A stretch of 64,000 bases of DNA from Chloroflexota bacterium (GCA_004297395.1 SCUO01000074.1:13082-77081), one strand, 5' to 3'. Shown: positions 28,970-38,770, counted from the first letter of the stretch. A program made the numbers and translations. The notes: generated by a model not told the origin, from the letters alone.

Positions 28970-30340
28970 ATGACCGCTCCTCGCGCCCGCCGTCCCCGCC
29001 GCGTTCGTCGCCGCACCCTCCGGATCTCGATCCTGCTGGCGACCCTCGGCCTGCTCGCAGTCGTCGGCTCCATCCGGGCAGCGGGGCCGGAGGTCGTGAT
29101 CCTGCCGACGACCGGCATCGTCGACGAGGGGATGGCCCGCTACCTGGCCGACGGGATCGATCAGGCCGAGCGCGACGGTGCCGCCGCGGTCGTCATCAAG
29201 CTCAACACGCCGGGTGGCAGCCTGTTCTCGACCCAGGAGATCACCGGGACCTTCATCGAGGCGAAGATTCCGATCATCGTCTGGGTCGCCCCGGCCGGCG
29301 GCTTCGCCGCGAGCGCCGGCACGTTCATCACCCTCGCCTCGAACCTGTCGTTGATGGCGCCGGCCACGAGCATCGGTGCGGCGTCGCCGGTTGGCGCGCA
29401 AGGCGAGGACATCGAGGGGACCGAGGGCAAGAAGGTCCTCGAGACGGCGATCAAGATGATCACCTCGATCGCCGACGCCCGGGGCCGCCCGGTCGACTGG
29501 GCCGTATCGACGGTCGAGGATGCGAAGTCCTACACCGTGACCGAGGCGATCGCGGCCGGGGCCGTCGACGGCATGGCCGCGACGATCGAGGAGGTCATCG
29601 CCTTCGCCGACGGCCGGACCGTCGAGACGGCCGCCGGTCCGGTGCTGCTCGACCTCGCCGACGCCACGATCGCCGAGCGCTCGATGAACCCGTTCCTCGC
29701 CTTCATCCGGCTGCTGTCCGACCCGAACATCGCCTTCCTGCTGTTCAGCGTCGGCTCGGCCGGCCTCCTGGCCGAGGTCTGGAGCCCGAACTTCGTGACC
29801 GGCATCATCGGGGCCCTGGCGATCATCCTGGCCTTCATCGGCCTTGGCGCGCTGCCGCTCAACGTGGGTGGCCTGATCCTCATCGTGTTCGCCATCGTCC
29901 TGTTCGGGCTGGAGCTGACCGTCACGAGCCACGGGCTCTTGGGATTCGCGGGAGTGGTCTGCCTCGGCCTTGGCGCCTCGGCCCTCTTCACCTCGCCGGT
30001 CGATCCGTTCGAGCCGTTCGCCCAGGTCGCCCTGCCGGTGATCCTGACCGTCAGCATCACGTTCGGCGTGATCATGGTCCTGATCGTCTTCGGTGCCATC
30101 CGCTCCCGGGGCCTGGTCACCACGCCCGGGACGGCGGGCGCGCCGTTCGTCCTCGGCAGCCGCGGGACCGTCCGCCGGCCGCTCGAGCCGCTCGGCTCGG
30201 TCTACGTCTCGGGCGAGGAGTGGACCGCCCGGGCGATCGAGGGCGTCCGCCTGGAGCGAGGCGTCCCCGTCCACGTCGTCGGGGTCGACGGGCTGACGCT
30301 CGTCGTGGAGCCCGACCCGTCATCATCGGAACCGACGTGA
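28970..30340 (+). CDS. nfeD: Long NfeD (ClpP-like serine protease domain + TM + OB domain)
   Basis: LNTPGG, AASAG, MAP.TSIGAA.PV, multi-TM middle, GEEWTAR C-terminus. Confidence 0.88.
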   Translation: MTAPRARRPRRVRRRTLRISILLATLGLLAVVGSIRAAGPEVVILPTTGIVDEGMARYLADGIDQAERDGAAAVVIKLNTPGGSLFSTQEITGTFIEAKIPIIVWVAPAGGFAASAGTFITLASNLSLMAPATSIGAASPVGAQGEDIEGTEGKKVLETAIKMITSIADARGRPVDWAVSTVEDAKSYTVTEAIAAGAVDGMAATIEEVIAFADGRTVETAAGPVLLDLADATIAERSMNPFLAFIRLLSDPNIAFLLFSVGSAGLLAEVWSPNFVTGIIGALAIILAFIGLGALPLNVGGLILIVFAIVLFGLELTVTSHGLLGFAGVVCLGLGASALFTSPVDPFEPFAQVALPVILTVSITFGVIMVLIVFGAIRSRGLVTTPGTAGAPFVLGSRGTVRRPLEPLGSVYVSGEEWTARAIEGVRLERGVPVHVVGVDGLTLVVEPDPSSSEPT

Positions 30341-30386
30341 CCCGGCCGGCTGGCCGGGGCGGCGTCGCCAGGAGGTCGAGGTCGTC

Positions 30387-31325
30387 ATGGACAACGCGGT
30401 AGTCATCGCCATCCTCGCGTTCCTCGTGGTGGTCGCCCTGGTCCTGGTCTACCTGTCGGTGCGGGTGGTCAACCAGTACGAGCAGATGGTCGTGCTGCGG
30501 CTCGGCCGGACGAACGAGGGGCTCGTGCGAGGGCCGGGCCTGCGATTCCTGATCCCGATCATCGACCGGCCGCTGAAGGTCGACCTGCGGGAGACGTTCG
30601 TCGAGGTTCCAAGCCAGCGGACGATCACCAAGGACAACGCCCCGATCGACGTCGACTTCCTCGTCTACTGGCGGATCGTCGACCCGCTCAAGAGCGTCCT
30701 CAACGCCCAGCAGTTCTCGGGCATGCTCCTCGGCGTCGCGACGACGACCCTGCGGGCCGTCATCGGCGACATCGGCCTCGACGAGGTCCTCTCCAAGCGC
30801 GACCAGATCAACGAGCTGCTGCGGGTCAAGCTCGACGAGGTCACCGAGCGCTGGGGCGGCAAGGTCACGACCGTCGAGATTCGCGAAATCGTCCCGCCCC
30901 GGGACGTCCAGGACGCGATGAACCGGCAGCTCTCGGCCGAGCGGACGCGGCGCGCCGTGATCACCGAATCGGAAGGCACCCGCCAGGCGGCGATCAACGT
31001 CGCCGAGGGCACCAAGCAGGCCGAGATTCTCAAGGCCGAGGGCGACCGCCAGGCGGCGATCCTCCGGGCCCAGGGCTTTTCGGAGGCCCTCCAGCAGATC
31101 TTCTCGGCGGCCAAGGGCATCGACCAGAAGACGATGGCCCTGCAGTACCTCGAGGCCCTCAAGGCCCTCGGCGCCAGCCCGGCTACGAAGTTCGTCATCC
31201 CGACCGAGTTCACCCGCCTCATCGAGCCGTTCACGGGTTACCTCGAGAAGGGCATGGGTGGACGAGCCGGCGCCTCGAGCGGCGGCGGCCTGTCGGGCGA
31301 GAGCGGTGGCGGTGCCGGTGGCTGA
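30387..31325 (+). CDS. Stomatin-like SPFH/band-7 protein (QmcA-like)
   Basis: V.QYE..VVLRLG, ITKDN, TTLRAVIG, WG.KV..VEI, AER..RA.I..SEG. Confidence 0.9.
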   Translation: MDNAVVIAILAFLVVVALVLVYLSVRVVNQYEQMVVLRLGRTNEGLVRGPGLRFLIPIIDRPLKVDLRETFVEVPSQRTITKDNAPIDVDFLVYWRIVDPLKSVLNAQQFSGMLLGVATTTLRAVIGDIGLDEVLSKRDQINELLRVKLDEVTERWGGKVTTVEIREIVPPRDVQDAMNRQLSAERTRRAVITESEGTRQAAINVAEGTKQAEILKAEGDRQAAILRAQGFSEALQQIFSAAKGIDQKTMALQYLEALKALGASPATKFVIPTEFTRLIEPFTGYLEKGMGGRAGASSGGGLSGESGGGAGG

Positions 31326-31432
31326 CCGCGTGATCGCCGGCGACCGCCGCGTGACCGCCGTCAACCGCCGCGTGACCGCTTGATCGCGGTGATCGCCGGG
31401 TGATCGCGGCGTGATCGCCGGGCGAATCGCCC
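31323..31432 (+). repeat. Degenerate tandem array of about 11 TGA(C/T)CGC units
   Basis: TGACCGCG TGATCGCCGG CGACCGCCGCG TGACCGCCG TCAACCGCCGCG TGACCGCT TGATCGCGG TGATCGCCGGG TGATCGCGGCG TGATCGCCGGG CGAATCGCC. Confidence 0.75.
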
Positions 31433-32532
31433 GGCGGATGCTGGTTGCGCCCCGGACGCGGCCGGAGGAGGCGGCGCTCGGGCCCGATCTCGACCGCCTT
31501 GGCGGGGAGGTCATCCGGATCCGCTCGCGCGACGGCCTGCGCCTGTCGGCGCGCTGGCTCGATGCCGACGCCGCCGCGAAGGTCACCGGCGTCGACGTCG
31601 CCAGCGCGACACCGTCCTCGAAGTCGGTGTGGCAGCCGGACCTGGCCGATCCGACCTGGCGGTCGGATCCGGAGCGTCCGGCGTGGAGGCCGGACGCTTA
31701 TGAGGCGATCGTCCTGCTCCACGGCTACTCCGGCTCCGTCGCCCCGGACCTCGTCGAGTACGGCCCGGTGCTGCGCCGGACCGCTGGCGTCCTGGGCCTC
31801 GACTTCCGGGGCCACGGCGAGTCGGACGATGGCGAGACCACGTTCGGGTTGCACGAGGTCGACGACGTCGGCGGCGCCCTCGCCTGGCTCGGCGAGCGGG
31901 GGATCCGGCGGGTGGCGCTGGCCGGCACCTCGATGGGTGGCATCGTCGCGATCGCGTCCGCCGTCGTCCTGGGTGACGGCGGCCTCACCTCGGTGGATGC
32001 CGAGCCCGACGCCCCGCGCCTGACCTCGCCGGCGCCGAGGCCGCGGATCGTCGGCCTCGTCGGCGAGGCCGTCCCGGCGGACCTGCCCACCGTCGTCGCC
32101 AATCGCACTCGGGGGCCCGGGCCCATCCGGCGATGGCTTGCCCGGCGGGCCTTCGCGATCGCCGCCGGGCGCCTCGGTGGGGATCCGCGGGCCACCGAGC
32201 CGATCCGGGTCCTGTCGCTCCTGGAGGACCTGCCCGTCCTGCTCATCCACGGCGATGCCGACGCGACGGTCCCGCCCTCGCAGGGCCGGCGGCTCGCGGC
32301 CGCCCTGGGGCCCGGTGGCGAGCACTGGACGATCCCCGGGGCGGGTCACGCACTCGGCCGCCGGACCGCACCCGGAGCCTGGGACGAGCGGGTCACCGAG
32401 TTCCTGCGCCGGGCCTTCTCCGCCGGGCGAGACCGCGATCTCGCGCTGGGTATACTCGGCTCGCCCGTGGCCGAGCCGTCCGACGTCCAGGACGCCTCGC
32501 CGCATCCGGAGGAGGCCGACCAGCTCGCATGA
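31411..32532 (+). CDS. Alpha/beta hydrolase
   Basis: LLHG, DFRGHGES, GTSMGG nucleophile elbow, HGDAD..V, GAGH; exact start uncertain. Confidence 0.85.
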   Translation: MIAGRIARRMLVAPRTRPEEAALGPDLDRLGGEVIRIRSRDGLRLSARWLDADAAAKVTGVDVASATPSSKSVWQPDLADPTWRSDPERPAWRPDAYEAIVLLHGYSGSVAPDLVEYGPVLRRTAGVLGLDFRGHGESDDGETTFGLHEVDDVGGALAWLGERGIRRVALAGTSMGGIVAIASAVVLGDGGLTSVDAEPDAPRLTSPAPRPRIVGLVGEAVPADLPTVVANRTRGPGPIRRWLARRAFAIAAGRLGGDPRATEPIRVLSLLEDLPVLLIHGDADATVPPSQGRRLAAALGPGGEHWTIPGAGHALGRRTAPGAWDERVTEFLRRAFSAGRDRDLALGILGSPVAEPSDVQDASPHPEEADQLA

Positions 32533-33689
32533 CCAAGATCCTCGTCGTCGACGACGACCCGAACGTTCAGCGACTCCTGCGCGTGACCCTGAAGCAGGAG
32601 GGCTTCGAGGTCGTCGTGGCCGGTGACGGCGCCGAGGGTCTCCGACTCTGGGAGGTCGAGTCCCCGGCCCTCATCCTGCTCGATGTGACCCTCGCGAAGC
32701 TCGACGGCTACGAGGTCGCCACGAAGATCCGCGAGGTCGAGGGCAGCGGCGCCCACGTCCCGATCATCATGCTCACCGCCGAGAAGGAAGTCGAGCAGAA
32801 GGTCCGGGGCCTCCGGGCCGGCGCGGACGACTACCTCGTCAAGCCGTTCCACCAGGCCGAGCTGCTGGCCCGGATGAAGAGCCTCCTGGCCCGCTTCTCG
32901 ACCCGGGAGGGCGGCGGCATCCGGGCGCCGCTGGGCAAGCTGCTGGCGTTCTACGGGGCGAAGGGCGGGGTGGGCACCACGACCCTGGCGATCAACGCCG
33001 CGATCGCCCTCCACCAGGAGCACACTCGGCGGGTCGCACTCGTCGATGGCGTGCTGCAGTTCGGCGACCACCGGGTCTTCCTGGACCTCGGCAACGACCG
33101 TAAGAGCATCTCCGACCTCGTCTCGGCGCCTTCGATCGACAACGATCTCGTCAAGTCGGTCATGGTCCGCCACGATTCCGGTGTGGACCTGCTCCTCGCC
33201 CCGCCGAGCCCCGAGGACGGCGACCTCGTCCACGAGGCCCAGATGGACCAGGCCCTGACGATCCTCCGGACGATGTACGACTACGTCATCGTCGACGTCG
33301 AGAAGCGCCTCGGCGACCTGACCCTCTCGGTCCTGGACCACGCCGACATGATCTTCGTGGTCATGACGGCCGATCTCTCGTGCCTCAAGAACGTCCGCCT
33401 GGTCCTCGAGGCCCTCGCCCGGGTGGGCTACGAATCGAGCAAGGTCAAGCTCCTGCTCAATCGGTCCAACGCGTTCACCGGGATCAGCGTCCAGGCGGCC
33501 GAGGGAGCGCTGAAGCGGCAGTTCGAGTTCAAGATCACGAACGAGTACCGGGTCGCGATCAGCGCCCAGAACTCGGGTACGCCGTTCGCCTACTCGAAGC
33601 CGGATTCGCCGCTGGCACGGGAGATCGCGGCTTTGGCCGCCGAGGTCGAGCGCAGCACCGCCCCCGCCGCCAAGCCGGTCAGCCGCTAG
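32529..33689 (+). CDS. Response-regulator receiver + MinD/ParA-like ATPase fusion (CpaE/TadZ-like)
   Basis: Canonical REC (VVDDD, LLDV, MLTA, YLVKPF); AKGGVGTTT; VDGVLQFGD; LLNR. Confidence 0.85.
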   Translation: MTKILVVDDDPNVQRLLRVTLKQEGFEVVVAGDGAEGLRLWEVESPALILLDVTLAKLDGYEVATKIREVEGSGAHVPIIMLTAEKEVEQKVRGLRAGADDYLVKPFHQAELLARMKSLLARFSTREGGGIRAPLGKLLAFYGAKGGVGTTTLAINAAIALHQEHTRRVALVDGVLQFGDHRVFLDLGNDRKSISDLVSAPSIDNDLVKSVMVRHDSGVDLLLAPPSPEDGDLVHEAQMDQALTILRTMYDYVIVDVEKRLGDLTLSVLDHADMIFVVMTADLSCLKNVRLVLEALARVGYESSKVKLLLNRSNAFTGISVQAAEGALKRQFEFKITNEYRVAISAQNSGTPFAYSKPDSPLAREIAALAAEVERSTAPAAKPVSR

Positions 33690-33929
33690 GTGTGATGAGC
33701 GGACACGTTGGTGACAGCCTCGGCGTCCGCGAGCCACGCCGGTCGCGGCTCCTCGTTCCACCGCCGTGATGCGGCTGGCTCATCAGATTCGCGACAGATG
33801 AGCGTGGCCCGGCACGATCCCTGTCGGATCGGCGGGATGGCTGAGCGTGGACGGGCGCCGATCGATGAACCAGACGCATCAGCCGGACCGATGCGCTCGG
33901 TCAACGACGTCTTCGTGAATCACAACTAG
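33686..33929. repeat. Nested inverted-repeat (MITE/REP-like) element, copy 1
   Basis: CTAG at both ends; 30-bp outer IR (22/30); inner 115-bp core 33767-33881 with 18-bp IR (16/18); homologous to 53450-53708. Confidence 0.75.
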
Positions 33930-34023
33930 GGACGGTCGGGCCGTCGAAGCGCGGCGCCGCCGGGGAGCGACGGGCCGCAGGCTGGTGAGTGGCGGATAAG
34001 CGGCTCCGGGTAGGGTCCGCGGC

Positions 34024-35613
34024 ATGCTCGCGACCCTCCTCTCGGCCACGCTCGTGGGCCTCGACGGCCGCCGGATCCGGGTCGAGGTCGACGTCGCACC
34101 GGGCCTGCCCGGTTTCACGATCGTCGGGCTCGCCGACGCGGCCCTGCGCGAGGCCCGCGAACGTGTCCGCGGGGCGATCCGCAATGCCGGCTTCAAGCAT
34201 CCCGCCCGCCGGATCACCGTCAACCTGGCCCCGGCGGACCTGCCGAAGGGTGGCTCGAGCGTCGATCTCGCGATCGCCGTCGGGATCCTCCTCGGGTCGG
34301 AGCAGTTCAGCGCCGGCGCCGGCCGGACGGCGCTCATCGGGGAGCTGTCGCTCGGCAGTGAGGTCCGGCCAGTCCCGGGCCTCCTGCCGATGCTCGGTGC
34401 CCTCGCGGCCCATGGCGTGCGTCGCGCGCTGGTACCCGCGGCGAGCCTCGACGAGGCCGCGCTCGTGCCCGGCATCCAGGCGGTCGGATGCGCCACCCTC
34501 GGCGATGCAGTGGCGGTGCTCCGGCGCCGGCGCGGCCCGGGCCCCATGGTGCCGGCCCGGGTCGAGCTGGACGGCGACGCTGGGGGAGGGGGGAGCGAAG
34601 CTGCGGACCCGGCGACCGACGATGGTGACGCTGTGGCCGACGGCCTCGATGCCGTCCCGGATCTGGCCGAGGTCCGCGGCCAGCGCGAGGCCCGGCGGGC
34701 CCTCGAGGTTGCCCTGGCGGGTGGCCACGCGCTCCTCCTCCTCGGGCCCCCAGGCAGCGGCAAGACGCTCCTCGCCCGGACGATCCCGCGCCTCCTGCCG
34801 CCGCTCGGAGATGCTGAGGCGCTCGCGGCCACGATCGTCGCCTCGGTGTCCGCGGAGCGTCCGGTCCGCGGCCTCGTCCGCCGACCGCCGTTCCGGGCGC
34901 CGCATCACACCGCCTCGTACGCGGCGATCGTGGGTGGCGGGCCCGGCCTGATGCCCGGCGAAGTGACCCGCGCAGACCACGGCGTCCTCTTCCTCGACGA
35001 GCTGCCTGAATTCGCCCGCGACGTCCTCGAGGCCCTCCGCCAGCCGCTCGAGGAGGGCCGGATCGCGATCGCCCGGGCCGCCCGGACTGCCGTCCTGCCG
35101 GCCCGCTTCCAGCTCGTCGCGGCGATGAACCCGTGTCGCTGTGGCAACACCGGGACGCCCCAGCCCTGCGAGTGTCCGCCGAATGGACCGGAGCGCTATG
35201 TCGGCCGGATCTCCGGGCCACTCCGCGACCGGATCGATCTGTGGGTCGGGATGCCGAGACTGCCGGCCACGGCGCTCATCTCGGGCCCCGAGCCCGAGAC
35301 CTCGGCGACGGTCGCAGCGAGGATCGCAGCGGCCCGGCGGCTCCAGCTGGAACGGCCGCAGCAGGCCCTCAACGGGCGCGTCGCCGGCCGGGCGCTGCGG
35401 GCCGCCTGTCGCCTCAGCCCCGAGGCCCGTCGCCGGGCGATCGCGCTGGCCGAGATGGAGCGCCTGTCCGGTCGCGGGACGGATCGCCTCCTGCGGGTGG
35501 CCCGAACGATCGCCGACCTGGCGGACGCGGACGCGGTCGAGGCGCCCCACCTCGAGGAGGCGGCGCGCTGGCGGGCCCCCGCGGCACGCCCGCACCTCGC
35601 CCTGGCGGTCTGA
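34024..35613 (+). CDS. comM: YifB/ComM Mg-chelatase-like AAA+ ATPase
   Basis: VGLAD..RE..RV, ITVNLAPAD..K.G, GPPGSGKT, FRAPHH, GVLFLDELPEF, AMNPC.CG. Confidence 0.92.
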   Translation: MLATLLSATLVGLDGRRIRVEVDVAPGLPGFTIVGLADAALREARERVRGAIRNAGFKHPARRITVNLAPADLPKGGSSVDLAIAVGILLGSEQFSAGAGRTALIGELSLGSEVRPVPGLLPMLGALAAHGVRRALVPAASLDEAALVPGIQAVGCATLGDAVAVLRRRRGPGPMVPARVELDGDAGGGGSEAADPATDDGDAVADGLDAVPDLAEVRGQREARRALEVALAGGHALLLLGPPGSGKTLLARTIPRLLPPLGDAEALAATIVASVSAERPVRGLVRRPPFRAPHHTASYAAIVGGGPGLMPGEVTRADHGVLFLDELPEFARDVLEALRQPLEEGRIAIARAARTAVLPARFQLVAAMNPCRCGNTGTPQPCECPPNGPERYVGRISGPLRDRIDLWVGMPRLPATALISGPEPETSATVAARIAAARRLQLERPQQALNGRVAGRALRAACRLSPEARRRAIALAEMERLSGRGTDRLLRVARTIADLADADAVEAPHLEEAARWRAPAARPHLALAV

Positions 35614-35615
35614 GC

Positions 35616-36995
35616 GTGCTTGGCGTGGGTCGCGACGGCCCGACCGGACCCGCTGCCCGGACGGCCGCGCACGCCGCCACCGAGGGGCCTGCATCGTTCG
35701 GCGGCGCCGCCGAGCCGCGCCTGGCGGAGCGCGAGGCCCTGGCAGTCGTCATCTCGGCCGAGGGCGTTGGCCCGGTCACCCTCGAGCGGCTCCTCGCCGC
35801 GTTCGGCAGCGGGAACGGGATCCTCGCCGCGGCCCGTGGCCGGAACGGGGCCGAGATCCTGCGGGCGGCCAGCCGCGATCCGGGTGGGCCGGGCCCGGCG
35901 ATGTCGGAGTCCGCCGCACAGGCCCTCGCTGTCGCGGCACGCCGCACCGAGGCCATCGTCGCGAGCTTCCGGGCGGCGGGCGTCGTCCCGCTCGGGCTCG
36001 ACGATCCGGCGTACCCGGGGCGTCTCCGCCGGATCGAGCTGCCACCACGGGTCCTGTTCGTCCGCGGCGACCCTGCGGCCCTGGACGCGATGTCGGCGGT
36101 CGCGGTCGTCGGGACCCGCCGCCCGACCGACGGCGGTCGACGGACGGCCGCCCGGATCGGGGCGGCGCTGGCCCGTGCCGGCGCGCTCGTTGTCAGCGGC
36201 CTGGCCGTCGGCATCGATGGCGCCGCGCACGCCGCGGTCGTGGCTGAGGGACGCCGCACCGTGGCCGTCATCGGGGGCGGCCACGCCCGCCTCTTCCCTC
36301 GTTCCCACGACCGTCTCGCCGACGCGATCGTCGAGACAGGCGGTGCCGTGATCTCGGAGCACGGCCCCGGGACGATGCCCACCCGGGGCACGTTCCCGCG
36401 CCGGAACCGGATCATCAGCGGGCTGGCCGACGCAACCATCGTGGTCGAGGCCGGGGCCACGAGCGGTGCGCTGCTCACCGCCGCCTGGGCTATGGAGCAG
36501 GGTCGGGAATGCTTCTTCGTGCCTGGCGGCATCGATGCCCCGCAGTCGGCCGGCTGCCTGGCCTGGCTGCGCGACTACGGCGGGGCGGTTCGGATCGTGT
36601 CCGGCGTCCCGCAGCTCCTCGAGGATCTCGGGCTCATGGCCTCGGCCGCCTTCCCGGCGCCGGCGCCGCGCCGGCTCCTGGTGCCGCCGCCGGGCCCACG
36701 TCCGGCCCCGTCCCAGGCCGCCCGGCGGATCGAGCTCCCGCCGCGCGAGGACCGGATCGCCCAGGGCCTCCTCGACGGCGCGGCGACCGCCGATGAGCTC
36801 GTCGCGACGACCGGGATGCCGATCGCGGCGGTGCTCGCCGGCCTCACCGCGCTCGAGACCGCGGGGCTCGCGGCGGGTGCCTTCGGGCGCTATCGCGCGA
36901 CCGGATTCCTGGCCATCGCGGACCCGGGCAGCCGGCCGCGGGACCCCGTCGCGACCGCCGATTCCGGGGATCCCGCGGCCGACCCCGCGGCCTGA
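35616..36995 (+). CDS. dprA: DNA-processing protein DprA
   Basis: VAVVGTR, VVSGLA.GIDG.AH, FPRRNRIISGL, VVEAG..SGAL.TA; winged-helix C-terminus. Confidence 0.92.
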   Translation: MLGVGRDGPTGPAARTAAHAATEGPASFGGAAEPRLAEREALAVVISAEGVGPVTLERLLAAFGSGNGILAAARGRNGAEILRAASRDPGGPGPAMSESAAQALAVAARRTEAIVASFRAAGVVPLGLDDPAYPGRLRRIELPPRVLFVRGDPAALDAMSAVAVVGTRRPTDGGRRTAARIGAALARAGALVVSGLAVGIDGAAHAAVVAEGRRTVAVIGGGHARLFPRSHDRLADAIVETGGAVISEHGPGTMPTRGTFPRRNRIISGLADATIVVEAGATSGALLTAAWAMEQGRECFFVPGGIDAPQSAGCLAWLRDYGGAVRIVSGVPQLLEDLGLMASAAFPAPAPRRLLVPPPGPRPAPSQAARRIELPPREDRIAQGLLDGAATADELVATTGMPIAAVLAGLTALETAGLAAGAFGRYRATGFLAIADPGSRPRDPVATADSGDPAADPAA

Positions 36996-37137
36996 GAGCG
37001 GCGTCCGGGGCGGCCGTCCAGGCAGCCGTCGCAGCCTCCGGATCGACAGGCCGTGCTATCCTGCCGGCGGCCGTGCGCCCTCGGCCCGCAGCCCCACGAT
37101 GCCATCGTCCCCAGCGACGAGCCAGGAGACTGCTGTA

Positions 37138-38760
37138 TTGCGGAATGCTCTTGCGGCCGCCATGGCGGTCCCCGTGATCGCCCTCGGTGCCGCCAGATCG
37201 CTCGATCGGCGGGCGGGGGGGCGCCGCCTGCTCGCCGTCGTCGCGGTGCTCGCCATCGGTGCGATCACCGCCCTGGCGGGCACCCGTCCCGCGCCTGCGA
37301 CAGGCACGCCCCCGACCGCGGTCCAACCGCTCGAGGCAGCGGCCTTCAGCACCCAGATCCGAACTTCGGAATCGCCCGCCGCGCCGGTCACGATCACCTT
37401 CTCCGGGCCGATGAACACGGCCAGCGTCGAGCTGATGCTGAAGGTTGTCCCGACCCGCGACGTGGTCGTCTCCTGGGATGCCGCGGGCACCCAGCTGACC
37501 GTCGCGCCGAGCACGGCCTGGAAGCCCGGCACGCTCTACTCCGTCTCGGTCCTGGAGGGCGCCCTCGATGCGACCGGCCGGCCGCTCGAACAGCCGGTCC
37601 GAGCCGCCTTCCTCACCCGTCCCGCGGTCACCGCGACGGTCGCCGCGACGTCGGTCATGGCCGACGAGGCCGCGATCGCGACCGCGTTCCGGATCGACTT
37701 CTCGGGTCCGATCGACGAATCCACGCTCGACGTCCTCATCCGGCCCGAGGTGGCCGGCACGTTCGCCCCGGCCGAGGGCTCCACCGACGCGGCGCCGGCC
37801 TACGATTTCCGGCCCGACGAGCCACTTCAGCCCGACACCGCCTACTCGGTCAGCCTCGCGCCAGGCGTCCGTGATGCTGACGAGGCCGAGGTAGCGTCCA
37901 CCCCGTTCGAGATCCGGACCGCGGCGGCCCCGGCCGTGGTCCGATTCCGGCCAAAGCACGGCACCACCGGCGTGGCCTGGAGCCAGGACCTCTCGGTCCG
38001 CTTCACCGAGCCCATGGATCACGCCTCGACCGAGGCGGCCTGGAGCGCGAAGCAGGGCACGGCAGCGCTGAAGGGCACCTTCGGCTGGGCCGAGAACGAC
38101 ACCGTCCTCGTCTTCAACCCATCGACCAACCTCGGCTACGCCCAGAAGGTCGAGCTCATGGTCGGCGCAGGGGCCGTGTCGAAGGCCGGGGTACCGATCG
38201 TGGGCGCCTCGTCGATCACCTTCACGACCGCCCCGAAGCCGGCCCCGCGGACGTCCTCGAGCGGGAGCAGCAGCGGAGGGGGCAGCGGCGGCAGCATCGG
38301 CGGCAGCACGTGGGCCGCCGTCGAGACGTACTACCTCGGCCTCATGAACTGCACCCGGACCGGTGGCTGGGTGACCTCCACCGGGAGCTGCTCGAGCCCC
38401 GGTGGCCGGAACGTTGCCGCCCTGTGGCAGGACGCCGGGATCACGGCCTCGGTCGCCCGGCCCTACGCCAAGAAGCTGGCTGTCAACAACCTGTGCACCC
38501 ACTTCTCGGGCGGGAACCCCGGCGATCGCCTCCGGGCGGCCGGCTACACCAGCTACATCTGGGCCGAGAACCTGGGCTGCCGGAGCGGCGACGCGTACGC
38601 CGCGGTGCTCGGCTCGCACCTCTTCTTCCAGAGCGAGCAGTCGTACAACGGCGGCCATTACGTCAACCTGATGAACGCCAAGTACGACCGGGTGGGCATC
38701 GGGGTCTGGGTGTCCGGGGGCCGGGTCCGGCTCGTCGTGGACTTCTACCACCCGCTCTGA
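37138..38760 (+). CDS. Secreted/anchored protein with three bacterial Ig-like domains and a C-terminal CAP/SCP domain
   Basis: TM segment; repeats ITFSGPMN / IDFSGPID / VRFTEPMD; Ser-Gly linker; AENLG..GHYVNLMN..YDRVGIG; TTG after AGGAG (alternative ATG 37099). Confidence 0.8.
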   Translation: MRNALAAAMAVPVIALGAARSLDRRAGGRRLLAVVAVLAIGAITALAGTRPAPATGTPPTAVQPLEAAAFSTQIRTSESPAAPVTITFSGPMNTASVELMLKVVPTRDVVVSWDAAGTQLTVAPSTAWKPGTLYSVSVLEGALDATGRPLEQPVRAAFLTRPAVTATVAATSVMADEAAIATAFRIDFSGPIDESTLDVLIRPEVAGTFAPAEGSTDAAPAYDFRPDEPLQPDTAYSVSLAPGVRDADEAEVASTPFEIRTAAAPAVVRFRPKHGTTGVAWSQDLSVRFTEPMDHASTEAAWSAKQGTAALKGTFGWAENDTVLVFNPSTNLGYAQKVELMVGAGAVSKAGVPIVGASSITFTTAPKPAPRTSSSGSSSGGGSGGSIGGSTWAAVETYYLGLMNCTRTGGWVTSTGSCSSPGGRNVAALWQDAGITASVARPYAKKLAVNNLCTHFSGGNPGDRLRAAGYTSYIWAENLGCRSGDAYAAVLGSHLFFQSEQSYNGGHYVNLMNAKYDRVGIGVWVSGGRVRLVVDFYHPL

Positions 38761-38770
38761 GCCCACGTCC

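Noticed and set aside
31323-31432. Possible CRISPR array
   Set aside because: Units are 8-12 nt and degenerate, with no spacers; no cas genes in the window
33767-33881. 115-bp palindromes as integron attC sites
   Set aside because: No RYYYAAC/GTTRRRY boxes at the ends; they follow core genes, not cassettes
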